From NCBI GenBank assembly GCA_045651805.1, contig JAZRTB010000004.1, positions 287-64,286 of the forward strand: DNA of 64,000 nucleotides. Direction: 5' to 3'. The stretch comes from Clostridia bacterium (GTDB taxonomy: Bacteria; Bacillota; Clostridia; UMGS1883). The translations under genes and the position numbers were made by a program. Below the pieces are notes generated by a model. That model saw only the letters and a list, made by a program, of their open reading frames with translations. It searched no databases and was not told the origin of the DNA. Position 1 is the first letter of the stretch. Each line of letters starts with the position of its first letter. Shown one piece after another: positions 28,609 to 36,148 of this stretch.

Positions 28609-28637
28609 ATTATAGCACTTTATACAAAATAAGTCAA
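28609..28637 (-). promoter_or_regulatory. promoter of paralogue 2
   Basis: On the minus strand: TTGACT, 17 nt, TATAAT. Confidence 0.6.
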
Positions 28638-28716
28638 GAATTAATCAGCGATTTATTGCAAAAATAACACAAATTTATTACAATTGCTTTACTTTTAAAA
28701 TTGTTCTGCCTTTTAC

Positions 28717-28745
28717 TTGAATTTTTTTATCCATTATGTTATGAT
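28717..28745 (+). promoter_or_regulatory. promoter of the DtxR-family regulator gene
   Basis: TTGAAT, 17 nt, TATGAT, with a TG at the extended -10 position. Divergent from the paralogue-2 promoter. Confidence 0.5.
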
Positions 28746-28766
28746 AAATTCATAGGAGTGATTTGT

Positions 28767-29129
28767 ATGCATTTGCAGGAATCTGCTGAAATGTATCTTG
28801 AAACGATATATGTTCTCACACAGAAATCAAAGCACGTCAGAAGCATAGATGTTGCAGATTATATGGGCTATTCCAAGCCAAGCGTAAGCCGTGCCGTCGG
28901 GCTTCTTAAAAGCGGTGGTTATGTTACTACGACGGAGGACGGTTATCTAACCCTTACACAAGAAGGAAAAGCCGCCGCAAACAAGATTTTTGAAAGGCAT
29001 ACCGTTCTTTCAAGCTTTCTTAACAAAATCGGTGTAAGTGACGAAGTTGCCGCAACCGATGCGTGTAAAATCGAACACGTTATTTCAGATGAAACTCTTA
29101 CAGCAATAAAAAAATACTTCGAACTGTAA
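28767..29129 (+). CDS. DtxR/MntR family metal-dependent transcriptional regulator (short, 120 aa)
   Basis: MHLQESAEMYLETIYVL...VRSIDVADYMGYSKPSVSRAVGLLKSGGYV wHTH, followed by a dimerisation helix region (ERHTVLSSFLNKIGVSDEVAATDACKIEHVISDETL). ATG 28767 follows AGGAG. Confidence 0.85.
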   Translation: MHLQESAEMYLETIYVLTQKSKHVRSIDVADYMGYSKPSVSRAVGLLKSGGYVTTTEDGYLTLTQEGKAAANKIFERHTVLSSFLNKIGVSDEVAATDACKIEHVISDETLTAIKKYFEL

Positions 29130-29147
29130 AGTTCGAAGTATTTTTTT
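29115..29147 (+). terminator. intrinsic terminator of the DtxR-family gene
   Basis: TACTTCGAAC/GTTCGAAGTA 10-bp stem whose loop contains the stop codon, followed by T7. Confidence 0.8.
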
Positions 29148-29193
29148 ATTGCCAAATGCAAAATGCATAGTGCACAATGCAAAATTCAGGAGA

Positions 29194-29349
29194 GGCTGTC
29201 GCAAAATGAATAAATATTTATGTGGACCATTTCGGGACTGTTCCCGACAGACTTTTTAAAGTCTTTTTGCATAAAAAATAAGATTTTTTGTGCAAAAACG
29301 GGACTGTCCCAAAGAAATGGACTGCATAAATATTCATTTTGCGACAGCC
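29194..29349. repeat. 156-bp nested palindromic element (about 50-nt inverted arms)
   Basis: The left arm GGCTGTCGCAAAATGAATAAATATTTATGTGGACCATTTCGGGACTGTTCCCG is mirrored by the reverse complement of 29299-29349 with only small indels. Each arm holds a GGGAC..GTCCC mini-palindrome, and the centre holds AGACTTTTTAAAGTCT. Confidence 0.7.
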
Positions 29350-29353
29350 CCTT

Positions 29354-29965
29354 TTATTTGGATATATATTTGTTTATCATTTCCACAACCATATTTACAC
29401 GGTTTTCCATCATATTTTTATCAGAAAAATTCACATTCATAAGATGAGAAAGCGTGTGAACGTTGGAGAAATACGAAAAGCTTATAGTAATAAGAAGTAC
29501 CGCAATCTGTTCTTCATCAATATCTTTTCTGAAAACGCCGTCTGCCTTTCCTTTTTCAAGAATTTTATGGAGCGATTCAATGAGAGGATTTTTCACGGAT
29601 GCAAGCTTATCGGAATTTTTCATATATTCCGCTTTATTAAGGTTTTCCCACATAATGAGATTAACGAAACTTTCATCATTTTTAAGGAAATCGTAATACA
29701 TACGGAGAATATCCTCTATTGCCTTTTTGCAGTCTGTTACATTTTCAAGAAGTATTGCTTCCTTTTCTCCGAGGCGTTTGTAAGCATTTTCAAGAACGAT
29801 TGTATATAAATCTTCTTTATTGCCGTAATATTCGTATATCATACGCTTATTACTGCCGGACTTTTTCGCAATTTCCTCAATACGTGCACCATATATTCCC
29901 TTTGCAGAAAATTCTTCCTCCGCGGCTTTAAGAATATTAGCCTTTGTTACAGCGGCATTGCGCAT
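29354..29965 (-). CDS. TetR/AcrR family transcriptional regulator
   Basis: MRNAAVTKANILKAAEEEFSAKGIYGARIEEIAKKSGSNKRMIYEYYGNKEDLY is a canonical TetR N-terminal HTH. ATG 29965 follows GAGGGTGG and overlaps the sdaAA 3' end by 29 nt. Confidence 0.88.
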   Translation of the reverse strand: MRNAAVTKANILKAAEEEFSAKGIYGARIEEIAKKSGSNKRMIYEYYGNKEDLYTIVLENAYKRLGEKEAILLENVTDCKKAIEDILRMYYDFLKNDESFVNLIMWENLNKAEYMKNSDKLASVKNPLIESLHKILEKGKADGVFRKDIDEEQIAVLLITISFSYFSNVHTLSHLMNVNFSDKNMMENRVNMVVEMINKYISK

Positions 29966-30827
29966 TACAGCCACCCTCTCTTTTCTGTGTGAAGTTTTTG
30001 GCAGTTTCCGTAGAGGCAAGACCTCCGAGAGCCGTTTCCTTAAGGCGGAAGCTCATCATCCTGCCAACTTCACTCATAGCATCAATTACTTCATCAGGAG
30101 GAATGTACGACCACACTCCGCAAAGAGAAAGCTCTGCCGAAGTCAAGGCATTCATCGCACCGGAGGCATTACGCTTTACACAAGGCACTTCAACAAGGCC
30201 GCCAACCGGATCGCACACAAGACCAAGCACCGATTTTATGGTAAGTGCCGCCGCATTTATACACATTTCGGGAGTTCCTCCGAGAAGCTCGCAGACTGCC
30301 GATGCCGCCATTGCAGATGCACTTCCGCACTCTGCCTGACAGCCGCCCTCGGCACCCGAAAGGCACGCACGTTCTGCAATTACACCACCAATTCCTGCAG
30401 CGTTAAAAAGTGCCATTATGAGTGCATCATCGGAAATATTTTTCTCCTCTGCTATCGCAAGAAGCACCCCCGGAAGAATTCCGCAGGATCCTGCCGTCGG
30501 CGCCGCAACAATTTTACCCATACAGGCATTATGCTCGGCAATAGTCATTGCATATTCCATAGCTTTTGATGAGATAGTTCCAAGCAGAATTCCCTTGTTT
30601 CCGGAATTGCTGTAATTCCATCCGTTTTCGCCCGAAAGACCTGATGCAGAGCACATTTTCCTGATGTTTGCCGACTCACGCATAACGGAAAGATTTCTCT
30701 TCATACGGGAAACAAGTTCTTCCTTCGAAAGCTCTGTTTCTTCCGATTCCGTTTCAAGAATGATTTCTGAAATTTTCATATTATTGCCTGCGGCTTTTTC
30801 CGCAAGCTCTTTAAGTGAAGAAAACAT
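29937..30827 (-). CDS. sdaAA: L-serine ammonia-lyase, iron-sulfur-dependent, alpha subunit
   Basis: AAPTAGSCGILPGVLL, SGAEGGCQAECGSASAMAA and LVCDPVGGLVEVPCVKRNA motifs of SdaAA. Confidence 0.92.
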   Translation of the reverse strand: MFSSLKELAEKAAGNNMKISEIILETESEETELSKEELVSRMKRNLSVMRESANIRKMCSASGLSGENGWNYSNSGNKGILLGTISSKAMEYAMTIAEHNACMGKIVAAPTAGSCGILPGVLLAIAEEKNISDDALIMALFNAAGIGGVIAERACLSGAEGGCQAECGSASAMAASAVCELLGGTPEMCINAAALTIKSVLGLVCDPVGGLVEVPCVKRNASGAMNALTSAELSLCGVWSYIPPDEVIDAMSEVGRMMSFRLKETALGGLASTETAKNFTQKREGGCNAQCRCNKG

Positions 30828-30839
30828 ACTTTCCCCTCC

Positions 30840-31499
30840 TTATTTCACAGCAGGCAGATATACTGCACCGTCAACTGTTTCAATTTCACGAAGTTTGCAG
30901 AGAAGTTCTTCCGAAATACTCTGGTCGCTTTCAAGAACAGTAATTGCATCACTGCCTATTTTATGGCGATACACCCTGAGAAATGCGATGTTTACGCCAT
31001 ATCTTGAAAAAAGCTCCGAATACTTGGCAATAATTCCCCTTACATCCTTATGAAAGAGGATTGTTGTAGGATATTCCGCAGAAAACTCAACCTCTGCCCC
31101 GTTAATCCTTACAACCTTGATTGCACCGCCGCCGATTGAAGATGCAGTCACAGTAATACTGCGACTTTCACCCGTAAGAGTAATGTCAGCAGTATTCGGA
31201 TGAAGAGTTTCACTTTCCGCAGTTTCAAAAGTGTAACTGAGTCCCTCTTTATCCGCATAGAAAAAGCTGTCACGGAGGCGGTCATCATCGGGAGAATAGC
31301 CCAGAAGTCCGCCGATTATTGCCCTGTCGGTACAATGACCTGAATATGTTTTTGCAAAAGAGCCGTAAAGGCGGATATCCGCCTTCACGGGTTTTTCATC
31401 AAGAAGTGCGCGTGCCACCATTGCAAGACGGCACGCCCCTGCCGTATGGGAGCTTGACGGTCCTACCATTACGGGACCTAAAATGTCAAAAACACGCAT
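30840..31499 (-). CDS. sdaAB: L-serine ammonia-lyase, iron-sulfur-dependent, beta subunit
   Basis: MRVFDILGPVMVGPSSSHTAGACRLA start typical of SdaAB, plus a C-terminal ACT-like domain. Confidence 0.92.
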   Translation of the reverse strand: MRVFDILGPVMVGPSSSHTAGACRLAMVARALLDEKPVKADIRLYGSFAKTYSGHCTDRAIIGGLLGYSPDDDRLRDSFFYADKEGLSYTFETAESETLHPNTADITLTGESRSITVTASSIGGGAIKVVRINGAEVEFSAEYPTTILFHKDVRGIIAKYSELFSRYGVNIAFLRVYRHKIGSDAITVLESDQSISEELLCKLREIETVDGAVYLPAVK

Positions 31500-31510
31500 T
31501 ATATCACCTT

Positions 31511-32566
31511 TTATCTCCAGTTATCAATATTTGCTTTAACGAACTCATCGTCATTAAGTTCGGGATACATTTTGTATACACGGTCAATTTCTTCAATCTG
31601 TCCGGGAGAAACCGTTTCGTTGGGGTTAAGACACCAGATACCCTTCATAAGACCCTGTCTGCGAAGCACTTCGTGAAGACCTGCGATACAACCTGCAAAG
31701 TTATTTGCAGTATCAAAAAATGCCGCATTTGCGTCTGTTACCGCATTTGCAAGGGCAAGAATTTCGGGAGTGATTTCACCCTTTGCCTTTGCTTCCTTAA
31801 TCATATTGAAGTATTTTACAACTGTGTTGAGCCATACACTCCAATGACCGAGAAGACCGCCTACGAAATCCTTCTTATAAGTTTTTCCATCCTTCTCGAA
31901 TGTATAGTTTGTAACAAGGTCGATTACGATATTATCATCGTTACCTGTGTAAAGAGCGATTTCATCAGCACGGCTTGAAAGAGCTGCCGCTCTTACAACA
32001 TCGTGAGTGAGGTAACGGTTAAAGGGAGCCGCCTTGATAGCAACAACATTCTTAACCTCACACACTCTTTCCCAATAATTGGGTGTAAACGCGCGGCCAC
32101 CAACAGAAGGCTGAAGATAGAAACCTACTACGGGCATAACAGCCGCAACAGCCTCTGTTCTTTCAACCATATAGTCCTCTGACTTGTGGTTAAGTCCACC
32201 GGGGCTTAAGAGAACTGCATCACAGCCGTATTTCTTTGAAAGCTCTGCTTCTCTTACTGCCTGCTCGATTTCACCGCAGACACCTGCAATTCTTACGATT
32301 GCCTTGCCTGTCTTTTTCTCAAACTTGTCGATTTCGTCAACAACAACTTCAATAACCTTTTCGTAAAGATTTACTTCGGGGTCACGGATTTCAAACTGTG
32401 TTGTATGAACTGCCATAGCGATACCGCCTGCACCTGCGTCAAGGTAGTATCTTACAAGAACTCTCTGTCCTGCCTCATCAAACTGTCTGTTCTCATCAAG
32501 AACGAGAGGCATCGCGGGGATAACCGTACCGTTATGTAATACTTTTAAAGCTTCTTCGTGTCTCAT
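31511..32566 (-). CDS. dihydrodipicolinate synthase family (class I aldolase-like) protein, long form
   Basis: 351 aa with a TIM-barrel DapA/NanA-like pattern and a candidate Schiff-base lysine in VVAIKAAPF. Longer than canonical DapA, so the substrate is unknown. Confidence 0.75.
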   Translation of the reverse strand: MRHEEALKVLHNGTVIPAMPLVLDENRQFDEAGQRVLVRYYLDAGAGGIAMAVHTTQFEIRDPEVNLYEKVIEVVVDEIDKFEKKTGKAIVRIAGVCGEIEQAVREAELSKKYGCDAVLLSPGGLNHKSEDYMVERTEAVAAVMPVVGFYLQPSVGGRAFTPNYWERVCEVKNVVAIKAAPFNRYLTHDVVRAAALSSRADEIALYTGNDDNIVIDLVTNYTFEKDGKTYKKDFVGGLLGHWSVWLNTVVKYFNMIKEAKAKGEITPEILALANAVTDANAAFFDTANNFAGCIAGLHEVLRRQGLMKGIWCLNPNETVSPGQIEEIDRVYKMYPELNDDEFVKANIDNWR

Positions 32567-33582
32567 TAATATGCACCCTTTCTTTCTTCAAAATGAGTAG
32601 GCTTACCAAGGCCTCTGCCACCATCTTTAATCCATTCTGCCTGCCAACGGATAAGTGTCTTTGCACTTACAGAAGGATAACCGAACATTTCCATAGCAAG
32701 TGATGCATCGTTAAGATAAGCATCGTTTCCTTCTGCATTTTCAAAAATCGGTTCAATTCCGAGATATTCACCAAGCTCTTCTGCCGCTTTTCTGATAGAA
32801 ATTGTTTCGGGGCCTGTTACGTTAACCTTCTTTGCAGGACATTCTGCGTGGAGAAGACCGCGAATTGCAATTTCGTTCGCACTTCCCTGCCAGATAAAGT
32901 TAAAGAGAGGTGTTGAAAGCGAAATCGGTCTCTTATTTATAATGTTATCTGCAAGGTCATAAAGCACACCGTAACGAAGATCTACCGCAAAGTTAAGACG
33001 ATAGATAAACACCTTTGTACCAAATGTGTTTGCACCATACTCAAAAGCACGCTCTCTTGCAAGACAGCTCATAGCATATTCACCGATGGGGCCCTGCTTG
33101 TCACATTCTCTGCATCCGCCCTGATTTACAGGCACGATGGGGTATGTATTACCTGATGAGAATACAACAATGTTTGACGCCTTATACTTTTCTGCAACAA
33201 ATGCGGGAAGTGTTGCATTCATACCCCAGGTTGCCCATTCGTTGCCATCTGTACCGAACTTCTTACCTGCCATAAAGATTACGTTTTCGCAGAGAGGAAG
33301 TGCGTCAAACTGCTCACGATTCTGGAGGTCTGCGCTGATTATTTCAATACCGTTATCGGTAAGGAGCTTTGTTGCAATAGGGTCAGAGAAGCGTGATACA
33401 GCAATAACTTTTTTCTGTATTCCTGCTTTCTCAATAGCTCTTTTTGCAAGAAGGCAAAGAGAGGGGCCCATCTTACCGCCTGCACCAAGCACCATAATGT
33501 CGCCTTCAATTTTTTTCATATCCTCTACAAGGGTGTCAGAGGGTGTTGAGAGTAATTCGTCGAGTTTTTCTTCAGTCCACAT
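32566..33582 (-). CDS. NAD-dependent epimerase/dehydratase family protein
   Basis: Rossmann motif VLGAGGKMGPSL near the N-terminus, SDR-extended size (338 aa). Its stop overlaps the downstream ATG (TAATG). Confidence 0.78.
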   Translation of the reverse strand: MWTEEKLDELLSTPSDTLVEDMKKIEGDIMVLGAGGKMGPSLCLLAKRAIEKAGIQKKVIAVSRFSDPIATKLLTDNGIEIISADLQNREQFDALPLCENVIFMAGKKFGTDGNEWATWGMNATLPAFVAEKYKASNIVVFSSGNTYPIVPVNQGGCRECDKQGPIGEYAMSCLARERAFEYGANTFGTKVFIYRLNFAVDLRYGVLYDLADNIINKRPISLSTPLFNFIWQGSANEIAIRGLLHAECPAKKVNVTGPETISIRKAAEELGEYLGIEPIFENAEGNDAYLNDASLAMEMFGYPSVSAKTLIRWQAEWIKDGGRGLGKPTHFEERKGAY

Positions 33583-33584
33583 AA

Positions 33585-34838
33585 TCAGTTCTCCTTTTTA
33601 TTAAAATTTTCAATTATTTCTTCTGCAAGCTTTGCATTGTCGGAAAGAAGGTCAACAACCGTTCCCGCCATAATTTTGCCGGGGATTGTATATGCCGCTT
33701 CTTTATCGCAAATGCTAAAATCTGTTCCGTGTGCCGTACCGAGGAAACCGCCCATTGTCGGTTGGATACACGGCATAATCTCCGAAAGGTCACCCATATC
33801 GGTAGAGCCTGTCATATCCATACCGTGTGTGATGTCGTTTTCTGTTACAAAACAAAGTGCATTATCTTTAAACACTTTTCCGAGGTTAACATCCTGATGA
33901 AGGGGTGCAAATCCGCGGATGTCGGTTATTTTGCACTCCGCGCCTACAGCCATTGCACCACCGCGGATAGAATTATCCGTCTTTTGTGCTGCATCTTTAA
34001 TCGCCTCGGTATTTGTACCTCTTACATAAGTTTCCATTGTAACCCTTGAAGGAACAACGTTTACAAGGTCGCCACCGTTTGTGATAATGGGATGTATGCG
34101 GATATTGTCCTTTTCACGGAAGGTTTCACGGTTAGCGTGAATTCCCATAAGTGCAAGGGTTGCCGCATTGAGAGCATTTATACCCTCGGAAGGCATACTT
34201 GCGTGAGCACTTTTTCCGATAAATTCAATATTTTTCGCCATAAAGCCGAGGCTTGACCCGTCAAGGAACACGTGGGGACCATCTACCCCTGCCTGGGAAT
34301 GTACCATCATTGAAATATCAATGTCGTCAAACTCGCCAAGCTCAATTAATTCCTGCTTACCGCTGAGCCATGTCAGCTTACCATCTGACTTAAGCGCTTC
34401 ACGGAACTCAATCTCTACAAATTCCTCTGCAGGAACAGCAAAGAATGTTACATCACCGTCAAGATACTCCATAACGCCGCTTTCCTTAAGACCGATTGCC
34501 GCAGCAAGCATTGATGCAACCTGTGCGTTGTGACCGCAGGCGTGTGCCGCACCGTTTTCCTTATTTGCATAAGGATGGCCGAAGCACTTTACCGCATCCA
34601 TTTCACCGATAACACAGACATTCCTCTTATGGCTTCTGCCCTTAAGAGTAGCCTTTATACCGGTAATTGCAAGGTTATCTCTGTAAGGAATACCCAGCTT
34701 TTCAAAAACTTTTTTAACAAGCTCTGCAGTCTTATATTCTTTAAATCCAAGCTCCGGATTTTCAAGAACAGTCTGTCCTATTTCAAAGATAAAATCCTTG
34801 TTTTTTTCTATCGCGTCAAAAACCTTTTGTTTCATCAT
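33585..34838 (-). CDS. M20 family amidohydrolase/peptidase (M20D-like)
   Basis: 417 aa with the ELGFKEYKTAELV...IGEMDA...HACGHNAQ metal-ligand pattern typical of M20 aminoacylase/AbgB-like enzymes. Confidence 0.82.
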   Translation of the reverse strand: MMKQKVFDAIEKNKDFIFEIGQTVLENPELGFKEYKTAELVKKVFEKLGIPYRDNLAITGIKATLKGRSHKRNVCVIGEMDAVKCFGHPYANKENGAAHACGHNAQVASMLAAAIGLKESGVMEYLDGDVTFFAVPAEEFVEIEFREALKSDGKLTWLSGKQELIELGEFDDIDISMMVHSQAGVDGPHVFLDGSSLGFMAKNIEFIGKSAHASMPSEGINALNAATLALMGIHANRETFREKDNIRIHPIITNGGDLVNVVPSRVTMETYVRGTNTEAIKDAAQKTDNSIRGGAMAVGAECKITDIRGFAPLHQDVNLGKVFKDNALCFVTENDITHGMDMTGSTDMGDLSEIMPCIQPTMGGFLGTAHGTDFSICDKEAAYTIPGKIMAGTVVDLLSDNAKLAEEIIENFNKKEN

Positions 34839-34854
34839 TTCACCTCTCCCACAA

Positions 34855-34874
34855 AAGTAACCGTTTGGTTACTT
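34855..34874. promoter_or_regulatory. candidate TetR operator (perfect 8+8 inverted repeat)
   Basis: AAGTAACC-GTTT-GGTTACTT lies between the -10 box and the RBS of the M20-to-TetR operon. Confidence 0.55.
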
Positions 34875-34876
34875 AC

Positions 34877-34905
34877 ATTATATTATAAACAAATTATTTT
34901 GTCAA
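34877..34905 (-). promoter_or_regulatory. promoter of the M20/epimerase/DHDPS-like/sdaAB/sdaAA/tetR operon
   Basis: On the minus strand: TTGACA, 17 nt, TATAAT (both hexamers match consensus). Confidence 0.7.
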
Positions 34906-35038
34906 TACAGAAATCACACTTAATTACAATTCCTTTAAAAAATCACATTTTTCCTGTTTTTGCAAAAAATTTAATCCTGTATTTTTTCATTAAAACACCC
35001 CAAAGCACCTAAACCAAGCACTCTTTACGTTTTTTTGC

Positions 35039-35067
35039 TTGACATTTTGACATTTGGGTGTTATAGT
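35039..35067 (+). promoter_or_regulatory. promoter of sigH
   Basis: TTGACA, 17 nt, TATAGT, with TG at the extended -10 position. Confidence 0.6.
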
Positions 35068-35092
35068 ATAGTATATGAATGGGGGAATTGTA

Positions 35093-35716
35093 ATGAATAG
35101 TTTACAAAGCTTTGATAGCTTCGCCTCATTCAGTGATGAAAATTTGGCTGTTCTGGCACAGCAGGGTAACGACCGTGCACTTGACTATTTACTTAGCAAG
35201 TACCGTGTCTTTGTACGTAGCAAATCTCTTTCCTACTATATCATCGGCGCCGACAAGGATGACATTATTCAACAGGGTATGATTGGTCTTTTCAAGGCAG
35301 TCAGGGACTTCATGCCGGAGCGTGGTGTAACATTCAAGACATTCGCTGATCTTTGTGTTACGAGACAGATATTGACCGCAGTAAAGAATGCCAGCAGACA
35401 GAAACATGCACCTCTTAATTTTTATGTTTCATTGAATAAGCCGCTTTTTGATGAAGATGATGAAGCGTCTCTCGGTGACATCGTTGCCGACGGTAAGGAC
35501 TCTAATCCTGAAGATATCATTATCAACAAAGAGAATGCGGACAAGCTTGGTTCAGAAATGAACCGCATTTTGTCACAGTTTGAGCTTTCGGTTCTTTCCC
35601 TTTATTTACAGGGCAGGAGCTATGTTGACATAGCCAAGGCGATTGGCAAGGATCCGAAGTCGGTTGACAATGCATTGCAGCGTATCAAGAAAAAGTTTGA
35701 AAAACTTACTTCCTGA
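35093..35716 (+). CDS. sigH: RNA polymerase sporulation-initiation sigma factor SigH
   Basis: YRVFVRSKSLSYYIIGADKDDIIQQGMIGLFKAVRDF (region 2) and LSVLSLYLQGRSYVDIAKAIGKDPKSVDNALQRIKKK (region 4) match Spo0H-type sigma factors. ATG 35093 follows GGGGGA. Confidence 0.88.
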   Translation: MNSLQSFDSFASFSDENLAVLAQQGNDRALDYLLSKYRVFVRSKSLSYYIIGADKDDIIQQGMIGLFKAVRDFMPERGVTFKTFADLCVTRQILTAVKNASRQKHAPLNFYVSLNKPLFDEDDEASLGDIVADGKDSNPEDIIINKENADKLGSEMNRILSQFELSVLSLYLQGRSYVDIAKAIGKDPKSVDNALQRIKKKFEKLTS

Positions 35717-35805
35717 TTCTGCACATAAAATGCTATATGCCCAACAGGTGGCAAAGAGCCTCCGGGGGTGAAAATATTTTTTAGTTAAAGGTAAGGAGAT
35801 CGAAA

Positions 35806-36075
35806 ATGTACGAAGACAAGACTTTAGTCTGCAAAGATTGCGGACAGGAATTCGTGTTCACAGCTGGCGAGCAGGAATTCTATGCTGAAAAAGGATTTCA
35901 GAACGAGCCTCAGAGATGTAAGGATTGCAGAGCTGCAAAGAAGGCATCTCTCAGAGAAAACAGAGAAATGTATACAGCTGTTTGCGCTGAATGTGGCGGC
36001 GAAGCAAAGGTTCCTTTCGTTCCCAAGAACGACAGACCTGTTTACTGCAGTGAGTGCTTTGCAAAAAATAAGTAA
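35806..36075 (+). CDS. zinc-ribbon domain protein (two CxxC pairs twice)
   Basis: 89 aa with CKDCGQEF...CKDCR and CAECGGEA...CSECF. A strong AAGGAG RBS precedes it. Confidence 0.75.
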   Translation: MYEDKTLVCKDCGQEFVFTAGEQEFYAEKGFQNEPQRCKDCRAAKKASLRENREMYTAVCAECGGEAKVPFVPKNDRPVYCSECFAKNK

Positions 36076-36113
36076 TCTCCTTATAGCTTAACTTAACTAA
36101 TCGAGATTATAAC

Positions 36114-36148
36114 AAAATGCGTTGTTGGATACCAACAACGCATTTTTT
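36114..36148. terminator. bidirectional intrinsic terminator
   Basis: AAAATGCGTTGTTGG/CCAACAACGCATTTT 15-bp stem between convergent genes, with a T-run on the plus strand and an A-run on the other side. Confidence 0.8.

Noticed and set aside
29220-29447. 75-aa plus-strand ORF across the palindromic element and into the TetR gene
   Set aside because: It overlaps the TetR-family gene in antisense, has no RBS at its own ATG, and reads through palindromic non-coding sequence. Only the separate 16-codon ORF at 29206-29256 has an SD, and it is discussed as a possibility in the finding on the palindromic element.
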